A stretch of 64,000 bases of DNA from Cyanobacteriota bacterium (GTDB taxonomy: Bacteria; Cyanobacteriota; Cyanobacteriia; Cyanobacteriales; Nostocaceae): the NCBI GenBank assembly GCA_046045965.1, contig JBJOKS010000005.1, positions 1 to 64,000 of the forward strand. Direction: 5' to 3'. Position 1 is the first letter of the stretch, and each line of letters starts with the position of its first letter. The translations under genes were made by a program, and so were the position numbers. Positions 59,891 through 64,000 of this stretch are shown in pieces. The notes beneath the pieces were generated by a model. That model had not been told where the DNA came from. It searched no databases and was given only the letters and a program-made list of their open reading frames with translations.

Positions 59891-60101
59891 TTGATGAAAT
59901 TTTAGCATGACAGGAGTCAGGAGTCAGGAGTAAAAGCGTTTTTTAGCACGAGTTTCATGATTAATTGATGTGCCGGTGCGAGGAAGTCAGCACTATTATA
60001 TACACATATACTATAATGGTAATACAATTAAATTTTTTTTTTGTTTTAATCCATTTAATTGAAATTCCCTTAATTTAAGTCGAAGACCATAGGATAATAA
60101 T

Positions 60102-61388
60102 ATGTCAATACAGGTTAAAACATTTCTAGCCGACATCCTCATTGTCGATGACAAGCTAGAAAATATTCGCTTTTTATCTGATTTTTTATCTAAACATAAT
60201 TATCAAGTTCGCAAAGCTATCAACGGACAGGCTGCATTAATGGCGGTTAAAACACTGTCCCCCGATTTAATTCTACTAGATATCAATATGCCAGGAATGG
60301 GAGGTTATGAGGTATGCGAATTTTTAAAGAATGATTACAAAACCAGGTCAATTCCTGTTATTTTCTTAAGTGCTGGTGATGACGTTAGTGATAAAGTCAG
60401 AGCATTTCAAGTTGGAGGAATTGACTACATTACTAAACCATTTTATTTAGATGAAGTTTTGGTAAGAATTCAGACTCAGTTAAATATCAAACACCTCCAG
60501 AAAGAGTTAGAATCTCGTAATGAACAGCTACAAAATACCCTCGTAGCTTTACAAAAAACTCAAGCTGAACTAATTCAAAAAGAAAAGCTAGTTAACGCAG
60601 GTCGAATTGCTGCGGGAATTTCTCATGAAATTAACAATCCTCTGAGTTTTATTATTGGTAATCTTCGTCCTGCATCTGAATATAGTCAAAAACTGATTGG
60701 TTTAATTCAGCTTTATCAACAAGCATTCCCAGAAGCTACTCCAGAAATTATCAATTTTATTAATGAGATTGATTTAGATTTTATTAATTATGATTTTATT
60801 AAAATTATTGATTCCATGCACGTGGGAGCAGAAAGAATTCGTTCGGTTATTCAAGCTTTACATATTTTCTCTCGTCTGGATCAGTCAGGAATTAAACCGT
60901 TTGATATTCATGAAAGTATAGATAGTATTTTCATGACACTAGGCTATCAGCTTGGGTTAAAAAATGGTTCAGTTAATATTGAAATTATTAAGGATTATCA
61001 AGATAATATACCAGAGATATTGGGATATGGAAACCTATTCAATCAAGCTGTGCTAAATATTTTACAAAATGCTATTGAGGCACTTGAATTAAGACTAAAT
61101 TCAAATCTTGATGTTTCATTTAAACCTACAATCTGGATTAATACTCAAATCAGTCTGAAAAATAAAATAAAAATCAGCATCAAAGACAATGGTATAGGTA
61201 TTACTGAAGCAAATAAACCTCATATATTTGAGCCATTTTTTACTACCAAATTAGTAAAACAAGGAGTAGGATTAGGTTTATTTACTAGCTACCAAATCAT
61301 CAATGATATTCACAAAGGTAGTTTGATGTATCAAGACTGTCCTGAAGGATGTTCAGAATTTATTATTGAAATTCCTGTATCTAAGTAA
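60102..61388 (+). CDS. Receiver-histidine kinase hybrid
   Basis: ILIVDD, LLDINMP, KPF; SHEINNP; EPFFTTK; GVGLGL. Confidence 0.9.
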   Translation: MSIQVKTFLADILIVDDKLENIRFLSDFLSKHNYQVRKAINGQAALMAVKTLSPDLILLDINMPGMGGYEVCEFLKNDYKTRSIPVIFLSAGDDVSDKVRAFQVGGIDYITKPFYLDEVLVRIQTQLNIKHLQKELESRNEQLQNTLVALQKTQAELIQKEKLVNAGRIAAGISHEINNPLSFIIGNLRPASEYSQKLIGLIQLYQQAFPEATPEIINFINEIDLDFINYDFIKIIDSMHVGAERIRSVIQALHIFSRLDQSGIKPFDIHESIDSIFMTLGYQLGLKNGSVNIEIIKDYQDNIPEILGYGNLFNQAVLNILQNAIEALELRLNSNLDVSFKPTIWINTQISLKNKIKISIKDNGIGITEANKPHIFEPFFTTKLVKQGVGLGLFTSYQIINDIHKGSLMYQDCPEGCSEFIIEIPVSK

Positions 61389-61450
61389 TTCATAATTCAT
61401 AAATTTATAATTCATAATTTAAGTAAATATTAAGAGTTGTAAAGATAATC

Positions 61451-61482
61451 TAGACTCTATAGTAGACTAGAAGGTTGAGGAT
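61451..61482 (+). promoter_or_regulatory. Degenerate MerR/CueR-type promoter-operator
   Basis: TAGACT-CTATAGTAGACTAGAAGGTT-GAGGAT: long spacer holding an imperfect dyad, upstream of copper genes. Confidence 0.45.
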
Positions 61483-61523
61483 AAATGTAACAGGACTCCC
61501 AGCCAAAAAGAGGTATAGGAGCT

Positions 61524-61742
61524 ATGGGGATGATGAATTTAGAATCTTTGGCAAATTCCCCTAACTTTGACCAGGAATTTTTGCGGAAGATGATTCATCA
61601 TCAGCAAATGTCTGTGAAAATGGCAAAAAAAGCTGCTGAAAATGCTAATGTGCCACAAATTCGCAATTTAGCTCAAGCTATGATCAAAACACAAACTGCC
61701 CAACTTCAGAAATTACAGCAGTTGTCTCCAGTTGAATCTTGA
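61524..61742 (+). CDS. Short DUF305 (CopM-like) protein, possibly a remnant
   Basis: FDQEFLRKMIHHQQMSVKMA..IRNLAQAMIKTQ; single repeat, no signal peptide; GGAG RBS. Confidence 0.6.
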   Translation: MGMMNLESLANSPNFDQEFLRKMIHHQQMSVKMAKKAAENANVPQIRNLAQAMIKTQTAQLQKLQQLSPVES

Positions 61743-61773
61743 TTTTTTGTTCACTCTCTTCTTTTTTAAAGTT

Positions 61774-61968
61774 ATGACAATCAAACTTACAGTTCCGGGA
61801 ATGGCTTGTTCTGCTTGTGCCAACAATATTACCAATGCGGTTAAGGCTGTAGATGCTAACGCTAACGTTGAAGCTGATCCCAAAACTAAACTTGTAAATG
61901 TAGATACTCAAGCTTCAGAAACTGCTATTAAAGAAGCTTTAGTTACTGCTGGTTATCCTCCAGCTTAA
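61774..61968 (+). CDS. copZ: Copper chaperone (HMA domain, CopZ/Atx1); start ATG 61774
   Basis: MTIKLTVPGMACSAC..IKEALVTAGY. Confidence 0.88.
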   Translation: MTIKLTVPGMACSACANNITNAVKAVDANANVEADPKTKLVNVDTQASETAIKEALVTAGYPPA

Positions 61969-62103
61969 TAGTTGGGGACTGGGGAGATGGGGAGGGAGAA
62001 ATTTCTTCTATTCCCTATTTCCTACTCTAAGAGGTTGTTTTAAAAGTTTTGGATGGTGATGTTAGACACTTGCAGATCCCCCCTAACCCCCCTTATTAAG
62101 GGG

Positions 62104-62258
62104 GGAACTAGTGTGCTGCTTATTTTTATTCTTTATTTGTCACACTTTTCCCTAGTTTTTTTGTTGCCCAAGGTTTAGAACCTCATGTTTATTATGAAGT
62201 TGCTGCAATGGTTGTAACTTTAATTATTTTGGCACGTTTTTTGGAACATCGCGCCAAA
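62104..62258 (+). pseudogene. Internal fragment of a Cu(I) P1B-type ATPase (CopA/PacS-like)
   Basis: GTS/AAYFYSLFVTLFPSFFVAQGLEPHVYYEVAAMVVTLIILARFLEHRAK, with a 2-nt frameshift and no start codon; not in the ORF track. Confidence 0.75.
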
Positions 62259-62448
62259 AGCAGTTGTCTATCTTGAATTAACACGGCAGATTTTCCTCAC
62301 TCTTGTTTTGATTATAACATCCGGCTTAGTATTGAGTAATAATTGATAATTACCAATTATGAATTATCCAGTACCGAAAATAACTGTTTTTATGAGCTTG
62401 GCATGATATTTCTAGATTAACCGCTTGACTACAAGTAAAACTCTAAAA

Positions 62449-63552
62449 ATGAATGTCAACGCTGAAAATGTGAACTACGCACGGAAACCTAAAATTTTCA
62501 ATCAACCAGAGCGTTTTATTGAGGGTTGGTACTGGGTAATTCCCTCTAGAAAATTGCGAGTTGGTGAAGTCAAACCTGTGACAATTTTGGGAAAAGATTT
62601 AGCAATTTATCGTGGTGAAGATCAACGAGCAGTTATTTTTGATGCTTACTGTCCACACATGGGCTCTCATCTTGGGGAAGGCAAAGTTGAGGGTAATGAA
62701 TTACGCTGTTCTTTTCATCATTGGAAATATGATACAGAAGGGTTCTGTGTAGAGGTTCCTTGTTTGAATGAACCAATTAATGTTAAAGCTAAAACTTGGC
62801 CTACTGCTGAAAAATATGGTTTAGTTTGGGTTTGGACTGGAGAAACACCACAACAACCTTTACCTTTTATTCCTGAGTTAGAACTGGAAGAATGTGATAG
62901 TGCTTTTGGTTCCCGGTTTATTACTAACTGTCACCCAAATGTTGTCATGGTTCATGCTATTGATGGTCAACATTTTCATACGGTTCATAAGTTGTTATCA
63001 GAATTTAATTTTGCCAAACAGGAACTGAATGAAAATGCTATTACTTTCAGCAATACTACACAGGAAAATTCTGATTCTTTTTTAATTAAACTCATTCGTT
63101 CTTTCCACAAAAAACCTATAAATCACAGTCTTTGTTATTGGTATGGTACTACGGGGATGGTGACGGTTGGTACTGAATTTTTACATTTACATATTATGTT
63201 TACTTTGCGTTTAATTGACGGTGGTAAAACTGAAGGAATGACTATATTTATTACTAAAAAACGTCATGGTATTATTGGTCGTTTATATAATCGTTTGATC
63301 TTGTGGTTAAGTAAATTTGTTGCTCAATACTTGATCAATAATAATCGTAAAATTTTCCAGACTATTCAGTTTAATTTAAAATCTCCCATCGAAATTGATG
63401 AGCCAATTCTACAATTTATTAATCATTTGGAAAGACAGAAAGCTTTAAAATGGGGAAGTTGGAATTTAGATAGAGTACGTGATACTGAAGTGCGAGATCC
63501 AGAAAAACGGGAAAAACGCGAAAAATGGAGCGATGAGCTAGTTAATGATTGA
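62449..63552 (+). CDS. Rieske non-heme iron oxygenase alpha-subunit-like protein; likely start ATG 62449
   Basis: CPHMG..CSFHHW Rieske motif; DGQHFHTVH iron motif. Confidence 0.82.
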   Translation: MNVNAENVNYARKPKIFNQPERFIEGWYWVIPSRKLRVGEVKPVTILGKDLAIYRGEDQRAVIFDAYCPHMGSHLGEGKVEGNELRCSFHHWKYDTEGFCVEVPCLNEPINVKAKTWPTAEKYGLVWVWTGETPQQPLPFIPELELEECDSAFGSRFITNCHPNVVMVHAIDGQHFHTVHKLLSEFNFAKQELNENAITFSNTTQENSDSFLIKLIRSFHKKPINHSLCYWYGTTGMVTVGTEFLHLHIMFTLRLIDGGKTEGMTIFITKKRHGIIGRLYNRLILWLSKFVAQYLINNNRKIFQTIQFNLKSPIEIDEPILQFINHLERQKALKWGSWNLDRVRDTEVRDPEKREKREKWSDELVND

Positions 63553-63587
63553 AAATTCCCCATTTAGGCAATAAATAGCCAATAAAA

Positions 63588-63610
63588 ATGAAGTGGTCTG
63601 GCCACTTCAT
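63588..63610. terminator. Hairpin downstream of the Rieske gene
   Basis: ATGAAGTGG-TCTGG-CCACTTCAT. Confidence 0.45.
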
Positions 63611-64000
63611 CAATTCCCAGGTAGAACCTTAAGCAATGAGTATAACGACTAAATTATTTTAAAATCGTATAAAATGAGACAGAATTGAAAATTCTGCTAT
63701 ATGTCAAATCTTTTTCCTTCCCCTTGACAAAATGTTAAGGTGCGATGCTTGTGGCAGACTTAGCCATAGCATCAATCTTACCAGTAGGACGGCTATTGTC
63801 ATCCTGATTTATTAAGAATAATCGTAATAACCTACCCTACTATACAGGATTTACTCATCTAATAAGTAAATTTTTTACAGGCAATAGGCAAGAGGGAATA
63901 GGTAATAAGTAATAGGTAATAGGTAATAGGGAAGAAAGAAGATAAATGGGTAGCTATTTTGTACAAAAATCAAATAGAAGTCTTATATTAAATTAATAAC

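Overview
A 64-kb chromosomal window from a heterocyst-forming (Nostocales-type) cyanobacterium, inferred from abundant HIP1 sites (GCGATCGC), heptamer STRR arrays and genes such as acsF, ccmP and clpR/clpP3. The backbone is housekeeping: potC, thiE/thiS, a Gld-like ABC cluster, purU, mnmG, acsF, a threonine-synthase paralogue between two sulfur carriers, clpR-clpP, an RluA enzyme and ccmP. Two defence-like inserts interrupt it. (i) An N6-adenine MTase-TRD gene plus a PLD-nuclease/SNF2-like helicase gene, with a PIN toxin-antitoxin cassette wedged between them inside a pair of REP-like repeats. (ii) A RelE/HTH toxin-antitoxin cassette inside a 41-bp direct repeat, followed by an ABC-ATPase + TOPRIM gene pair. 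Near the right end is a signalling cluster led by a hybrid kinase that fuses an ETR1-type ethylene-binding domain to a cyanobacteriochrome GAF, followed by a partly decayed copper operon (DUF305, CopZ, CopA remnant). Tiny 21-25 nt mobile elements and MITEs are common, and two of them visibly rewrite gene ends. No rRNA, tRNA, CRISPR array, reverse transcriptase or full-length transposase was recognised. All family calls come from reading motifs by eye; no database searches were run.
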